From: Perkinsela sp. CCAP 1560/9
Lineage: Eukaryota; Protista; Euglenozoa: Kinetoplastea
Direction: 5' to 3'
DNA: 64,000 nt
Assembly: GCA_965644495.1 (NCBI GenBank)
Contig: CBFFSA010000009.1
Location: forward strand, 496,001 to 560,000
The position numbers were made by a program, and so were the translations under genes. Below the pieces are notes generated by a model. It saw only the letters and a list, made by a program, of their open reading frames with translations. It made no database searches and had not been told where the DNA came from. Positions 1 through 11,081 of this stretch are shown here, piece after piece (within the stretch, counting starts at the first letter, position 1; the number at the start of each line of letters is the position of its first letter).

Positions 1-116
1 GAGCGGGAGGAGAGACCGGGGTAGTGGTTGAGCAGAAGTAGAGTGGTAAGGGTGGTACCCGCGGTGAGGTAGAGGGTGGTGCGGGTGCGACGGGAGAGCC
101 GGGTGAGGAGTTTCAT
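1..116 (-). CDS. 5' end of a hypothetical protein running off the window (MKLLTRLSRRTRTTLYLTAGTTLTTLLLLNHYPGLSSR...), mitochondrial-presequence-like
   Basis: ATG at 116-114 with an open frame to the window edge. It has the same C-rich 5' composition and orientation as the other host genes, and an Arg/Leu/Thr-rich N-terminus. Confidence 0.5.
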   Translation of the reverse strand, partial: MKLLTRLSRRTRTTLYLTAGTTLTTLLLLNHYPGLSSR

Positions 117-897
117 GAAGAAGCCGGGATGGAAGAGGGGGGGGAGGGGCGAAGAGAATGAGGGACTAAAAAAGGGGGAAGGGGGAGAGCGAGAGAGAGC
201 GCAATAAAGAAGGTTTGAGATAGAAGATTACGTAAAGGGGATTTATTGTCACGATTATCATACAAATAATATGTGCGCCTCCCTTCCCTCATCTCCCAGC
301 ACCCCGCTCGGAACACGGTTCCGAGTCCCCATGCGCTGCAGGACCCTACTACGGGACCACGCGGCGTGCCTTCACTATCCGGCGACACCGGTACTTCTGC
401 GCGTAGGAGGCTTCCATATACCGGAAGTCTCCCACACGGCGAGCAAACACGTTGTATGCGTGTTCTAGAGGATGTTCTATGCACCTCCCTTGCTCACCAG
501 CCGTGGCGGATTCTGTGGGACCCCGATGCCTATGATGCATCATGAACCATGACTCCATTTGCCAGCATGCATCCATGGCCCTGACCATGTTGTATCATGA
601 ACCATGGAAGTCATTTGTAGCATGTACGATGGGAATATCATCCGCGTCCCACAAATCCGTATATCTTTCCTGGCGCACTGCGCTTACGAAACATCTCGGG
701 ACATATTATCCCGATGAGGCCGTCTCTTTTCGCTTTCCTGGGGAGGATATCCCGCGCTTTTCCCTGTGTTGCCTCGGAAGGCGAAAAGGTCCAGCAGGGA
801 GCGTTGATTGCGCTTACCCCTGCTCGACCTAATTATCTCTACAGGTACTGCCCTGTATGAACAAGCAATTAGGAATCATTTTTCGTTTTCTATAGAC

Positions 898-960
898 TAG
901 GGGGACCGCGGGTCGCGGGTTCGGTGCGAATTCGGCGCGGGTTCGGTGCGGGTTTGGCAT
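898..960. mobile_element. possible hAT-like transposon end with subterminal GGT(T)CGGTGCG repeats
   Basis: TAGGGG terminus followed by tandem GGGTTCGGTGCG-type motifs; a similar end in opposite orientation lies at 63570-63629. Confidence 0.3.
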
Positions 961-1290
961 CGGATCAGGCCTTCTCAAGCTCAGGTCAACTTGCAGAAAA
1001 CTAACCAAAGGAGAAACAATGAAATTTCGTACGTAGTATAATTGCAGTGTTAGATGGTTCATTACAGTTTTAAGAGCGAAGCGCGGTGGTACTTGTTTTG
1101 TTGGATGTGGCATTGTTTTGTGCGGAAATCGTCTTGTGTGCGTAGTTTTGATTTTCTTTGAAATTCATTGAGATTTAGTTACTTTTAGGATTTTTTTTGA
1201 AAATTGAGGAAATTTCGTTCAATCTGGCCCCATTATGTACATTTCATCCGAAAAATTCGAAAAAATGCCCCGAAAAAAGTCGCAATTAGC

Positions 1291-1453
1291 TTTTTTGACC
1301 CCTACCTGGCTAGGGGGGTAGGGGGTCGCTCGAGTGAAAAGGACCTCGGATTCGGAACGATTGGGTCGAAAAACGGTGTTATACCAAATATTTCCAAAAT
1401 CGGACAAAATACAAGACCTGTAGGGGAGGGGTAAAAGAGGCTGAACACCACTG
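1291..1453. mobile_element. solo end of the CAGTGGTG-TIR MITE family
   Basis: Near-identical to both arms of the element at 58182-58540; ends CACTG followed by TA. Confidence 0.7.
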
Positions 1454-1862
1454 TACATGTATGCGTATGTAGAAAGTGTGCAAATATTAAGTGGGAGGAA
1501 AGTTTTCATTTCTTCTTATTAAGTGGGAGCGGGGTAAATTCGGTAGCTTGGCCACTGTAATAGAGTCAATGCTCTTATAGACTGTAGCACTATAATAGTG
1601 CTATTCCACACAAAATGTTCTGGTTCTAAATGTTTTTCCGTTCTTCTGGTATAAAACTACTATTTTAAAATGTGAGACTGTATGTGCATGAACATACAGT
1701 ATTTCAACGTACATTTTCTACGTGTGTACATTAATAATTTCTCGAAAACATTGGCCTCCCTGCCATTTCCTTCTGCCTCCCTTCTCCACGCCTTCCGACG
1801 CATTCACATTTAAAATCATCGACGACATTCTAAATACCAGGTACTTTAACGCCGTTTTTTTT

Positions 1863-2870
1863 TCAAAATTTAAACACCTGCTCCTGTGTATATCCCACAT
1901 CGCGGAGATGTCCCGTAAGGCCACCCTGGGCCGGGGGAAACACCGACCCGTCCTTTCCCCCGCACACATCCTCCATCATCCCGGGAGGACCGCAGACAAA
2001 GATTTTTACTTTTTCCCCGAGCTGCGGCCCGGGAAGGTACGTTCGAATCTTCTCTGCATCCACACGACCACGCAGCCCTTTCCATTTCCCCTCTTCTTTC
2101 GTCTCTTTTGTCACGGAGAGATGAAGATGGAGATTTTGTGACTTTTCTTCACACTCTCGTAACTCCTTATAGAGCAACATATCCTGCTCCGTGTGACACG
2201 TATAGAGCAGATGAATTTGTGTCGTATCTTTTGGATTTTTCACCACGGCATCTAACAGCTGAAACATTGGAGTAATGCCGGTACCCCCGGCAATCATACC
2301 GATGGTTTCCCACTGATTGGCTTGGTATTCAAATTTCGGAAACGGTCCCTGGACCTCAACGGTGTCTCCGAGCTCCCGTTTAAATAAATAAGAGCTCATT
2401 TGTCCTGTCGGATAGTGTTTGATGACAAGATCAAGATACCCAACGGTTTCTGGGGGACTCACGGGGGTGTAGGGCCGTATCACATATTGTTTCTTCTCGG
2501 TATGATTTGATTCCACGTTATTGAATTCTTTGGGACAACGCAAACAGATACAACTCGCCACTTTAAGCCCACTGCATTTGTCGGGAAAAGGAAACGCTAA
2601 TCGAAATCGTTTCGTGTCGGGACTTTCTTGTTGAATCGAAGCAATGGCGAAGTTTTGGTAAAGTTTTGGATTTAACGCCTGGGTAGGGGATGAAGAGGAA
2701 ACAGGAGCGGGAGAGGGAGGGGGAGAAGAGCCAAAAGCTCGGGTTATGGAGAGACGGTGAGAAAGTGTACGGTACACTAGATTCCAGAAAGGAAATGTAG
2801 TAGCAGCAACACCCAGGAGAAGGGGCGCAGTAAGACGGGAATCAGCAAGTCGTTTCATAAAAAACAGCAT
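1863..2870 (-). CDS. NADH-cytochrome b5 reductase (MCR1-like, N-terminal anchor)
   Basis: RPYTP FAD motif, GQMS, GMIAGGTGITPMFQ NAD motif, VCGPPGM, C-terminal VFKF. Confidence 0.93.
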   Translation of the reverse strand: MLFFMKRLADSRLTAPLLLGVAATTFPFWNLVYRTLSHRLSITRAFGSSPPPSPAPVSSSSPTQALNPKLYQNFAIASIQQESPDTKRFRLAFPFPDKCSGLKVASCICLRCPKEFNNVESNHTEKKQYVIRPYTPVSPPETVGYLDLVIKHYPTGQMSSYLFKRELGDTVEVQGPFPKFEYQANQWETIGMIAGGTGITPMFQLLDAVVKNPKDTTQIHLLYTCHTEQDMLLYKELRECEEKSQNLHLHLSVTKETKEEGKWKGLRGRVDAEKIRTYLPGPQLGEKVKIFVCGPPGMMEDVCGGKDGSVFPPAQGGLTGHLRDVGYTQEQVFKF

Positions 2871-2984
2871 AAGACGTGTAAAGTGTCTGGAGTTCGCAAA
2901 GAGTGAAACGTGTAAAATAAGATGGGGTGAAATTTAAGGTAATTGATGGGGCTCTCGCGAAGGTGTTGATCTACGTAGGAACAC

Positions 2985-3365
2985 TCCAAAATCAAATCCA
3001 AATCATTCCGGATTGCTCCGGACGGTCACTGGCAAGCCAGACCCTTCAGACAGATTTGTCCCGAGGCCGTCCTCTACCAGTTTCCGCTTGCCCACGGCGG
3101 CACCAACATGCTGTTACCAACACGCTGCGTTGACAAATTGTACGTCAACACGGCTTACCCAAGAGGTGTAAGACGGGTAAGGGAGCTGGTTCCCTGAGGG
3201 GAGGGTCCGGGACGGTCCTCCGAGTACTGGGCTTAGTTGGTTGTCAGCCTAGCCTCTTAGAGTGAGGCCTCCATGAATATTGCTATGAGAGGGTTGAACT
3301 TGAAAACTTGTACTCGCCGTCTGAGCACCGTGTATTTCAAACTTTGAATTCTTCCATTCCGCGAC
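2985..3365. repeat. dispersed repeat, probably an internal part of the YR-like element
   Basis: Homologous to 32430-32790 and partly to 44240-44345, where it abuts the SL-tagged YR relic. Confidence 0.7.
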
Positions 3366-3879
3366 CTCAACTTTTAAGCCCCAGCTCCCTTCTGGGGAAA
3401 CGGGGACAAACGTAGGAACACTGAGAAAGGGTAAAAAATAAACTTTCTGATACCTTAGCTTATTTCTTTGTTTCCCTCCAGGGTGACATCTGCCTTTTTA
3501 ATATTGGTTTGTTTGACCTACTTTGCGAAACTACTCTTTCCCTTCACAAAATTTGTTGTTCATGCAGTCTTGCTGCAGAGATACCTGCTAAAGAGATAAT
3601 AAATAATTTTTTTTACCCAATACATGAACAATGAAGGTCCATAGGGGAGGGGGTGCATATTTGAAAACAAGCAACTATATAAATTTTTAAGCCCAAAACT
3701 AGCAATTGTATGTAAAACATGCCGCAAACATGAAACACTAAAAATAATAACAGAGAAGAAAGCAATACAAGCCATTCGCGCAGGTCTTTTTAATAAATAT
3801 AAATTTTTACCCCGCATACGACGGGTCTCTCTTTCGCTTTTGCCTTCCTCGCTAGAAGTGCACCATCGCTACCCAGTTT

Positions 3880-4262
3880 CGCAAGTTTTTTCCCATGTGC
3901 AGCTGCCATGTTCTCTTTCACGGGCACGTTAGCTCTATAATAAATTCCGTGCCGTTGTGGAGTCATACCCACCCATCTGGCTTTAGTTCAGTTCCTGATA
4001 GCCAGGATGTCGGTTTCCGGTACAGGTCAAGGTCGAAATGGGTTTGCGCTGTCGTCGGGCAGCTGGATACAGCATCAGCTAGCGTCACGAGCACCAAATT
4101 GTGGCGATAGGTGTATCATCCTTGTTCCAGGGAGACTCGACAGCCAGCAAGTATGTGGCGGATAGTTTGGACTTCCTCATTGCAAATGGGACACTTCGTG
4201 TTAACATGCGTGTTTAGGCCCCATCTATAAAGTCGGGCACATAGTGTAGGTTTCACTAGCAT
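3880..4262 (-). pseudogene. relic of non-LTR retrotransposon C-terminus (CCHC zinc knuckle + restriction-like endonuclease)
   Basis: Manual translation CPICNEEVQTIRHILAGC...YTYRHNLVL...KPDGWV*...IIELTCP, with stops and a frameshift. Confidence 0.8.
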
Positions 4263-4525
4263 CCTACATGAACATTACCATTTTCCGGAAGAGAGAGAAA
4301 TGAAGGGAAGTCAACGGAACGGTTGCAGTTTACAGTTTTATCCTTTTACACCCGCGTGGAGCACCCGCACGGGTACCTACGCGGAAAGTGCGGAGGTCAC
4401 ATCTTATCGGAGACAAACGGACCGGACTCGAAAACCACAACATACGACCGTACGCTAGAAAATGAAAAAAAAAGGACCGGCTTCACGACGCCTCGTGTCC
4501 AAGGTTCCATCGAAAATAACAATTA

Positions 4526-4842
4526 CTCTCCCCCCCCTCTATTTAATAAGACTCCGATTTTGGGCAAAAGGTCCTAATAAAGGGGGGGACATGTAAAATA
4601 ATACGAAAGAAAAAAATCGGCGCCCCTTCGCGGCGCCTTTTTTATCGTTGTGAAACAAGGTCTTACTCCCTTTTGATACACTTTTGGTTGTTGGGCTAGA
4701 TACGAAAAAAAAATCCGCCGCTTCGCGGCGCATTCGACAATTTTTTGGCACTTTCCCTGAAATCTTTTTTGGCCTTCCAGACAAAATGGCCCTATTAAAG
4801 GGGGGGGGGGTGACACGGAGCCCTATTAACTAGGGGGGATAG
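4526..4842. mobile_element. MITE with degenerate TIRs, TA flanks
   Basis: TA-CTCTCCCCCCCTCTATTTAATAAGACTCC ... GGAGCCCTATTAACTAGGGGGGATAG-TA; internal duplicated GCCGC-TTCG-CGGC hairpin motif. Confidence 0.55.
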
Positions 4843-5004
4843 TAAATAGGGGGGGGGGGTAGAGCGGTCACAATTAATTAGGGAAGTGCAGTACTATAGC
4901 CAGATATCACTTATGAATCTACAATGTTCTAATAATAGCAGAAAAAATCATTCGTGAAGAAAACAACATCTCCATTCAGGTTGAATGACTCAACATCAAC
5001 TTCT

Positions 5005-5826
5005 CTAGGGACTCTCTTTCAGAGTCTTCTCAGAGTCTGAGAGATACCACGCGTCTAATATCTTAAAGTTTAATGACTGGTGGACCTCATCATCAATATC
5101 TGGATTATCGTCTACGGACACGCCCTTTATTGACATAGGGAGATGATCGCAACACACATCGGAGAAGCAATTCCTGCTGCAATTCAGCACTTCCAGAGAC
5201 TGTGGCAAAGCGTGCAGCGCAAGCTGTCCTGAAAATGAATTTTCTTGCAAATGAACGATCTTAATTCCGCTGGGGAAATGAGAAACATCAACGACCCCGG
5301 AGAACCGATTCCTGTCGAGCTTCAAACGCAGCATTCTTGGGGGTAAATGTGCAAGATCTACGTTTCCTTCAAATAAGTTGTCGGCCAGCGTAAGCATTCT
5401 CAACGTTTGCGGCAATTTCGCCAAATTTATATGCCCAGAAAACTTGTTGTTTTCAAGTGACAGGACTAAAAGTCCCAGTGGCAGTTTATCAAGCGCAACC
5501 GGACCATGCAATTTGTCCCCGTTCAACCAACATACCACCGTTGTTCGAGGCAAGTAAGTGAAGTCAAGTGTCCCCCTCAGATCCAGGTCACTAATAGACA
5601 AACGTGAAACGGATTCTCCATCCTCGCACAGGACACCGTACCACAGGCACGCTGAGTTTGAAATATTCCACGTGAAGTGGGGCTTCTCAATATTTTTGAA
5701 AAACTCTGCAAGTTCACATTCCTGTGGCACATTTACTCCTCTTCGAGCCCTTCCCAGGCGTGAATGTTCTCCACTGGCTGGCACGTCGAATGCGTAGTGT
5801 AGCATGCAGAGTTGGTTGTACATCAT
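5005..5826 (-). CDS. leucine-rich repeat protein (LPxxL-type family)
   Basis: CxWxGVxC cap followed by 24-aa LPxxLxxLxLxxNxFxGxVDL repeats. Confidence 0.9.
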   Translation of the reverse strand: MMYNQLCMLHYAFDVPASGEHSRLGRARRGVNVPQECELAEFFKNIEKPHFTWNISNSACLWYGVLCEDGESVSRLSISDLDLRGTLDFTYLPRTTVVCWLNGDKLHGPVALDKLPLGLLVLSLENNKFSGHINLAKLPQTLRMLTLADNLFEGNVDLAHLPPRMLRLKLDRNRFSGVVDVSHFPSGIKIVHLQENSFSGQLALHALPQSLEVLNCSRNCFSDVCCDHLPMSIKGVSVDDNPDIDDEVHQSLNFKILDAWYLSDSEKTLKESP

Positions 5827-6216
5827 AAATATTGTCAGTCTGTATTTCTCTAGTAGAAAACTCTAGATAGTACTATAGCCAGACATCGAATATGAATTTA
5901 CAGAGTTCTGAAAGTAGATTCGCTATACAGAAAACAATTCTGTATTTTTTTCTGTATTACACATGGGAAGAAAATGGTGTTTCCATTAAAGTTGAATGGA
6001 TTCAACGTCAATTTCACTCCCTAGTGCTGTGACAGAGTCCCGTGACAGAGTGCAAATCTCGAGCTTAACTGCCAAGACCACGGTGACACGTCGCAGAGGG
6101 CCTTCTGTTTTATGTACAGGCGTGAAAAAACTCGCTTTAAGACGTTTCTACCGCGCATCATCCCTCTACGATCCTGTTCCAACGTGTTTCTACGTTCCAC
6201 CGCTACCCCCTCTGCC

Positions 6217-9200
6217 TTACCCCTCCTGTTTGTCCAGCCGTGCGGTTAGATCCTTCATGTACACCTCCCATCGCCGACAGTCCCTGTCGCTGGAGTTCTT
6301 CAAAATATCCGACTCGCACTGCTGCAGCCTGCGCAGCAACGCACGACTCCCGACTCGCGTGTGGTACATCATCGCGAGCACGGGAATCACAAACCCAGGA
6401 GAAAGCGTGTTATTCCGGGCGGATGCTGTCGCACGGCTCCGGTGCCCCCCATCCTGCTCCCCGGTGAGCAAAATCGTTTTCATGGCACGAAAAAACAATT
6501 TAATCTCCTCCGGGCTCATGCGCATACGCACCCGCGCAAACACATCCAGGATTTGTGCAATTGTAAGCAGCGAGAACGGGCGGATTGGGGCGGCTTGGCG
6601 TTGTCGAATGCGCCGGGGGGCGCGCTGCTCCGGGTTCGACCCCTCACGTAGGCTCAGGGTCTCGTCCAGGGCTTCCCATTGGCGCAGTACAAACACACAC
6701 CAGCGGTGAACGATTTTCGAGTCCGGACAGTACCGGGTCTGGTTTACCGTAACAAGAAAATCCGTAGCTTGATCCGGGGTGAAGGGGAGTTCTCGAGGGT
6801 AGGGCTTTCCTATGGGGGTCGGCGTGTAGGACGGAGAACCCTTATTCAATTCGGTACGAGATTCCCTATCTGATTGTGCAGATGCCTCATCATTCGATTG
6901 CTGCCCCTCTCCTTCCCACCCCCACTCTTCCGACTGACGACTTGTGTCCCGCCGCTGTGCATCCGCTCCATACGTAAAAAACTCTCCCAATTCATTTGTC
7001 TTTTCTTCTTCCTGCGGGATTTTATTCGGAAACCGCGTAAGCTCCACGGCGCGATCCAGCAGCAGTCGCGAGGCCTCCGCATGCAGCGCACGAATCTTAT
7101 CCCCCCCTCTCCACGTACGACAGCGTTGCATCCCGAACAGACAGTTGGCAATATGCGGGGGCTGGAACTTTTCGCGTAAAGCGCGGTCGTTGTAAATACG
7201 AGATACAAAGGGGAACAACTCCGCAGGGCTCACCAGCAGCAGGCCTGCATTCATTAAACAAAGCGACAGGACCGCAGGGTCGAGACTCGCACACGTCTCG
7301 GGATCACTCAGGCGACGCAGGTTACCGACCACGAGATCCGGGGGGACATTACCCCCCTTGGACTTCGCCCACGCCAGAACTTTCATCACACGACACAGCT
7401 GGGTGCTGTCAAGATCACTTAGCGGAACTTTCCTCATCTTCTCTTCCTTTGTTTTCACCAACTCCGCTTCCCCATGTAAGGCTGTGTTGTTTTCACGGGT
7501 CTTTTGCTCACTTGTTTTGTGTATGCCCTCTCGCGGCTCTTGTTCCTTTGAACAGGAAAATTCCCGTAACAACGCACAAATCCGATCCCGGGGCTGAGAG
7601 GTATGCATGGCAGAGTTTAACACCAGCACGAGGGTCTGTGCGGTCCACGGCTGTGTCTTCGAGGCCTGTACACAGGACTCAAACATCACCCCTGCGTCCC
7701 GAGGGGACATGATCCCCAAAATCGACCCGGAGGAGTACATATGGGCCATATCAAACAGCGTCCCCTCCCGTAGGTGTTCCAGGGAGAGGTGATCCAGAAA
7801 CGCCCGTAACCACGCTCGTGTATTGGGGTAATGCCCCGCACGGTGATAGGCGCGACTCCCCCCTTCCGCGTTCTCCAAACACCCGCCCTGCTCCTGCCTC
7901 CAGGGGAGCCCCAGCAAGTGTCGTCTGCGCTCCAAATAGGCGAAAGCATCCCCGAGTCCTGAGACCATTAGATTAATATAGGTGGGCTGCTTTCGGGATA
8001 ACGACGGGAGCACGCCTTTGTCCACGATCGCGTTAGCTTCCTCGGTAACGACCGCTGAGAGCAATTCTAAAATCCGTACACGAATGAGATCGACTAAATC
8101 GGCATGGACAGCCCCTGCTGCTGTTTTTTCATTCGTACCCGCTTTTGTGTTTGCATTCGTCTTTGCCTTTGCATTAGTCTGCGGATATAATATCGGATCC
8201 TCCCAGCTTTGTTCTTTCACCAACGGCCGGAGTGTGTCTTCGATTTCGCTATACCAATTTAAATGGGGCGCCTTTGCGGCGGCGCTTCGGTAGCTGTCGG
8301 TGCGTCGTAACAACGTACCCATGTCGCACGATAACGGGGCCACGGTGTGATGTTCTAACACTTCCAATAGAGGAAAGATAAAACAGGCCGGGGCACCTTG
8401 GCTTAAGGCCCCGGAGAGAACTTGAATAAGTTCATTGGGGGACCAATCCAGACACATCTTTTGGGGGAGGTAACGCGGGGAGACGGAATTTCGGATTCTT
8501 GGAGAAGATGAAGAAGAAGGAACTGACCTTGAATTTGAATTCTCCTCTTCGGCGAATATCACTTCCCCATTCATTGTCTCCTCCGGAAGAGAAATATCCG
8601 GGGAGGTGTTTAGAAAATCACTCTGGTCATTTTCAACATCACCACCACCACCCGACAAAGAGGACGAATCCCCTCTCCACCCCACCCCCTCCCTCTCCCC
8701 TCTTTCCTCATCTCCCCCACCAGATGAACCTTTGTTCATCTCTGTTCCTGAGCTCCCCACTGTTGTACCCCCACCCTCCTCCAACCCCTTTCTCAACTCC
8801 TGCGTCACCCAATCCAACACCAGTGGGGTTAACCCCACACACGCCGCGGGGGCCCGGGCCCACGATGTGGCACACTCCGCCACCATCGCACGGGTCACCC
8901 AAGGGCTGCCCCCACCCCCACTACCCCCACTCCCACTACCCCCACTCCCACTACCCCCACTCCCACTACCCCCACTCCCACTACCCCCACTCCCACTGCC
9001 ACTCCCACTGCTACGGCTCCCACTCCCATTGCCACGGCTCCCACTCCCACTGCCACTGCCCCTGCCGCCACTGCCACAGCGAGAGGCAATGGCTTGGGCT
9101 AAGGCGGTGAGGGGGGAGGGCCGCAGAGCGCTGCTGGGGGGGTGGGAGGGGCCGAGCCGTAGCAGTGAGGTGAGCACACAGCTGGCTTGGTGGGGGGAGT

Positions 9201-9705
9201 ACTGCGGGGTGAGCTCGGGGAGGAGAGCGTGGACCGTGGCAAGGGTGGACGGGGGGAGATACCCGATACGACGGGAGCTGCGGAGCAGGAGACGGATCTC
9301 CTCGGGGAAGGCGGAGGGGGGGGTGGGGGTGTCGGGGGGGGGCGTGGGGGTTTCGGTTTCGGTTTCGGTACAGGTGGCGTCGGTTTCGGTGGCGGGACGA
9401 AGGAGGTGGGCGGTGGCGAGGAAGAGTTTCTCCAGACGGTCTTGGGCGACGGGGTTGAAACGGGCATCGTTGCCGGAGGCGGCGACGAAGGTGAGGATTT
9501 GGTTGAGGTTGGCCAGGTTGAGATCGCTGGAGAGACGTTTGGCTTGCCAGAGGGCGTTGCGGAGTACGGGTAGGGAGGGTTTCACGCGGAGGGTGGAGAG
9601 GGCGGAGAGAAGGATACAGAGGGTTTCAACTTCAACTTTTTGTTCTAGAATCTCTCCCGAGCGGCGTAGCACGGTACGTAACATTGAATGCCGCAGATTT
9701 TTCAT
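6217..9705 (-). CDS. large alpha-helical-repeat protein, probably mitochondrial RNA-binding (OPR/HPR/RESC-like), with GS-rich linker
   Basis: 1162-aa ORF; Arg/Leu-rich N-terminus; repeated helical motifs (YSPHQASCVLTSLLRLG, FQPPHIANCLFGMQR, LDSTQLCRVMKVLAW). Candidate trans-splice acceptor CCTCTTTTCTACAG about 40 nt upstream. Function is inference. Confidence 0.6.
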   Translation of the reverse strand: MKNLRHSMLRTVLRRSGEILEQKVEVETLCILLSALSTLRVKPSLPVLRNALWQAKRLSSDLNLANLNQILTFVAASGNDARFNPVAQDRLEKLFLATAHLLRPATETDATCTETETETPTPPPDTPTPPSAFPEEIRLLLRSSRRIGYLPPSTLATVHALLPELTPQYSPHQASCVLTSLLRLGPSHPPSSALRPSPLTALAQAIASRCGSGGRGSGSGSGSRGNGSGSRSSGSGSGSGGSGSGGSGSGGSGSGGSGSGGSGGGGSPWVTRAMVAECATSWARAPAACVGLTPLVLDWVTQELRKGLEEGGGTTVGSSGTEMNKGSSGGGDEERGEREGVGWRGDSSSLSGGGGDVENDQSDFLNTSPDISLPEETMNGEVIFAEEENSNSRSVPSSSSSPRIRNSVSPRYLPQKMCLDWSPNELIQVLSGALSQGAPACFIFPLLEVLEHHTVAPLSCDMGTLLRRTDSYRSAAAKAPHLNWYSEIEDTLRPLVKEQSWEDPILYPQTNAKAKTNANTKAGTNEKTAAGAVHADLVDLIRVRILELLSAVVTEEANAIVDKGVLPSLSRKQPTYINLMVSGLGDAFAYLERRRHLLGLPWRQEQGGCLENAEGGSRAYHRAGHYPNTRAWLRAFLDHLSLEHLREGTLFDMAHMYSSGSILGIMSPRDAGVMFESCVQASKTQPWTAQTLVLVLNSAMHTSQPRDRICALLREFSCSKEQEPREGIHKTSEQKTRENNTALHGEAELVKTKEEKMRKVPLSDLDSTQLCRVMKVLAWAKSKGGNVPPDLVVGNLRRLSDPETCASLDPAVLSLCLMNAGLLLVSPAELFPFVSRIYNDRALREKFQPPHIANCLFGMQRCRTWRGGDKIRALHAEASRLLLDRAVELTRFPNKIPQEEEKTNELGEFFTYGADAQRRDTSRQSEEWGWEGEGQQSNDEASAQSDRESRTELNKGSPSYTPTPIGKPYPRELPFTPDQATDFLVTVNQTRYCPDSKIVHRWCVFVLRQWEALDETLSLREGSNPEQRAPRRIRQRQAAPIRPFSLLTIAQILDVFARVRMRMSPEEIKLFFRAMKTILLTGEQDGGHRSRATASARNNTLSPGFVIPVLAMMYHTRVGSRALLRRLQQCESDILKNSSDRDCRRWEVYMKDLTARLDKQEG
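8908..9075. repeat. 15-bp minisatellite (CCACTACCCCCACTC)n encoding (GSGGS)n; G4-prone on the minus strand
   Basis: Tandem repeat visible directly. Confidence 0.9.
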
Positions 9706-9983
9706 TGTAGATGAAAGGTTACAAAAAAACAGGGCGTTGGTGCAGCTGTAGAAAAGAGGTATGGATGACTTCTTTGGACAGAGAGCCTACAAATAAGTAA
9801 ATTCCTTCTCTACTACAATAGAACAACAATAACATTCACGATATACAATAACAAAGTATGATTACACGTTTGAGACACGAGGCATGAACCAAACGTTGGC
9901 CCTGCGTTCATTCCTACTTTCATAAGATCCTCAAAAAGAATGGTCCTGAGAAACGAGCTATTTGCTACAAGATAATAAGGTTC

Positions 9984-10244
9984 TCAAGCGTTTGCCGCTT
10001 CAGCATCTTCTGCGGTGTTGGCCAATTTCTCAGTGTCGGTGTATCGATCCGCTGGATTAAATAATAGCAAAATGTGTGTTTGCTCGGAGTGTGAAAGAAA
10101 CATTCGTCGGCAACACATGCGATGCAAACCCAGCAAGTCCATCGCATCGCCGCTACGGTAGCCCTGTTTCTGGTAACTCATGTAGTCATCCCACTTGTCG
10201 CCAATTACTTTGCCACAAGTGAAGCATCGTATCGGGATGATCAT
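9984..10244 (-). CDS. RPB10: RNA polymerase I/II/III shared subunit RPB10
   Basis: MIIPIRCFTCGKVIGDKW...LGLHRMCCRRMFLSH signature. Confidence 0.97.
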   Translation of the reverse strand: MIIPIRCFTCGKVIGDKWDDYMSYQKQGYRSGDAMDLLGLHRMCCRRMFLSHSEQTHILLLFNPADRYTDTEKLANTAEDAEAANA

Positions 10245-10771
10245 TAAGGGAAATTATGTATTTATAATTAACTATTGTATACATGTAGACTACTTTGTGT
10301 ACTACATGCGCTGTATCTACGCTCGTGTCTGTTCATAAATTTAGTAGTAGTCAGTGGTCTACACCACACCTTGCACAATTTTTACTGCAGCTTTATGCAG
10401 CGAATTAGTGTCAAAAACAAGTTTACGTTGCTTCCATGCTTGAGCACCACTTGAGCGACATCGCCAAATGGAATTGGATTCCGGAGGAATCAAAAGTGTA
10501 TTACAAGGCTTCCAAATTCCCAAAAGGTAGTGTTTCTCAGTACTTGCCTTAAAACTTCACGTTTTAAAAGGTATGCACACCTGAAATTATTTCATATATG
10601 AGCGCCAAACATTAATCAAGGTACCAGAAAGTAAGGTAAAAATTACGGGCAAAAAACGTTATCCTAAATAATGTCGGTGTGCTAGCTGCTTCGTTAAAAA
10701 GCGGTGGTTGTTGGTAAACGGGCTTCGCAAATTGCTTCCCATTAACGACGCCCGCGTATGGCTGAAAATAT

Positions 10772-10858
10772 AGCCGCCGGGAGTCGAACCTGCGACCATC
10801 AGATTATGAACGGCAGGTCCTATGAACTGGACTACCTGGGTTCGAGTCCCGGGACCTA
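10772..10858. pseudogene. two back-to-back tRNA fragments (Met-like 3' half on minus strand; internally deleted Gln-like on plus strand)
   Basis: Minus: TTCATAA-TCTGA-TGGTC-GCAGGTTCGACTCCC. Plus: GGTCCTAT..CTGGGTTCGAGTCCCGG-GACC. Neither forms a full cloverleaf. Confidence 0.45.
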
Positions 10859-11081
10859 CGTTTTTAAGCTCCGTGATTTGTGCCCAAATCGAGGATAGGA
10901 GGGGGGCTGGACCCCCTTTCTCACCCTGCTGGATCCACCCTACCCCGGATACCATAAAGAAGGGAGAGGCAGAGGTTGTAAACAACCCCCGCAATCTCAC
11001 TCTTAATTAATGTTTTCACGGCGTCGTGATTCTTCGCTTTTCAAATTCAATATACAATGGAATTCTTAAAATTAGTTCGCA

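Noticed and set aside
8499-9751. Long plus-strand ORFs (8606-9751, 8499-9110; also 12150-12927, 26805-27635, 5996-6709)
   Set aside because: Antisense shadows of real minus-strand genes in GC-skewed, stop-poor sequence; low-complexity products.
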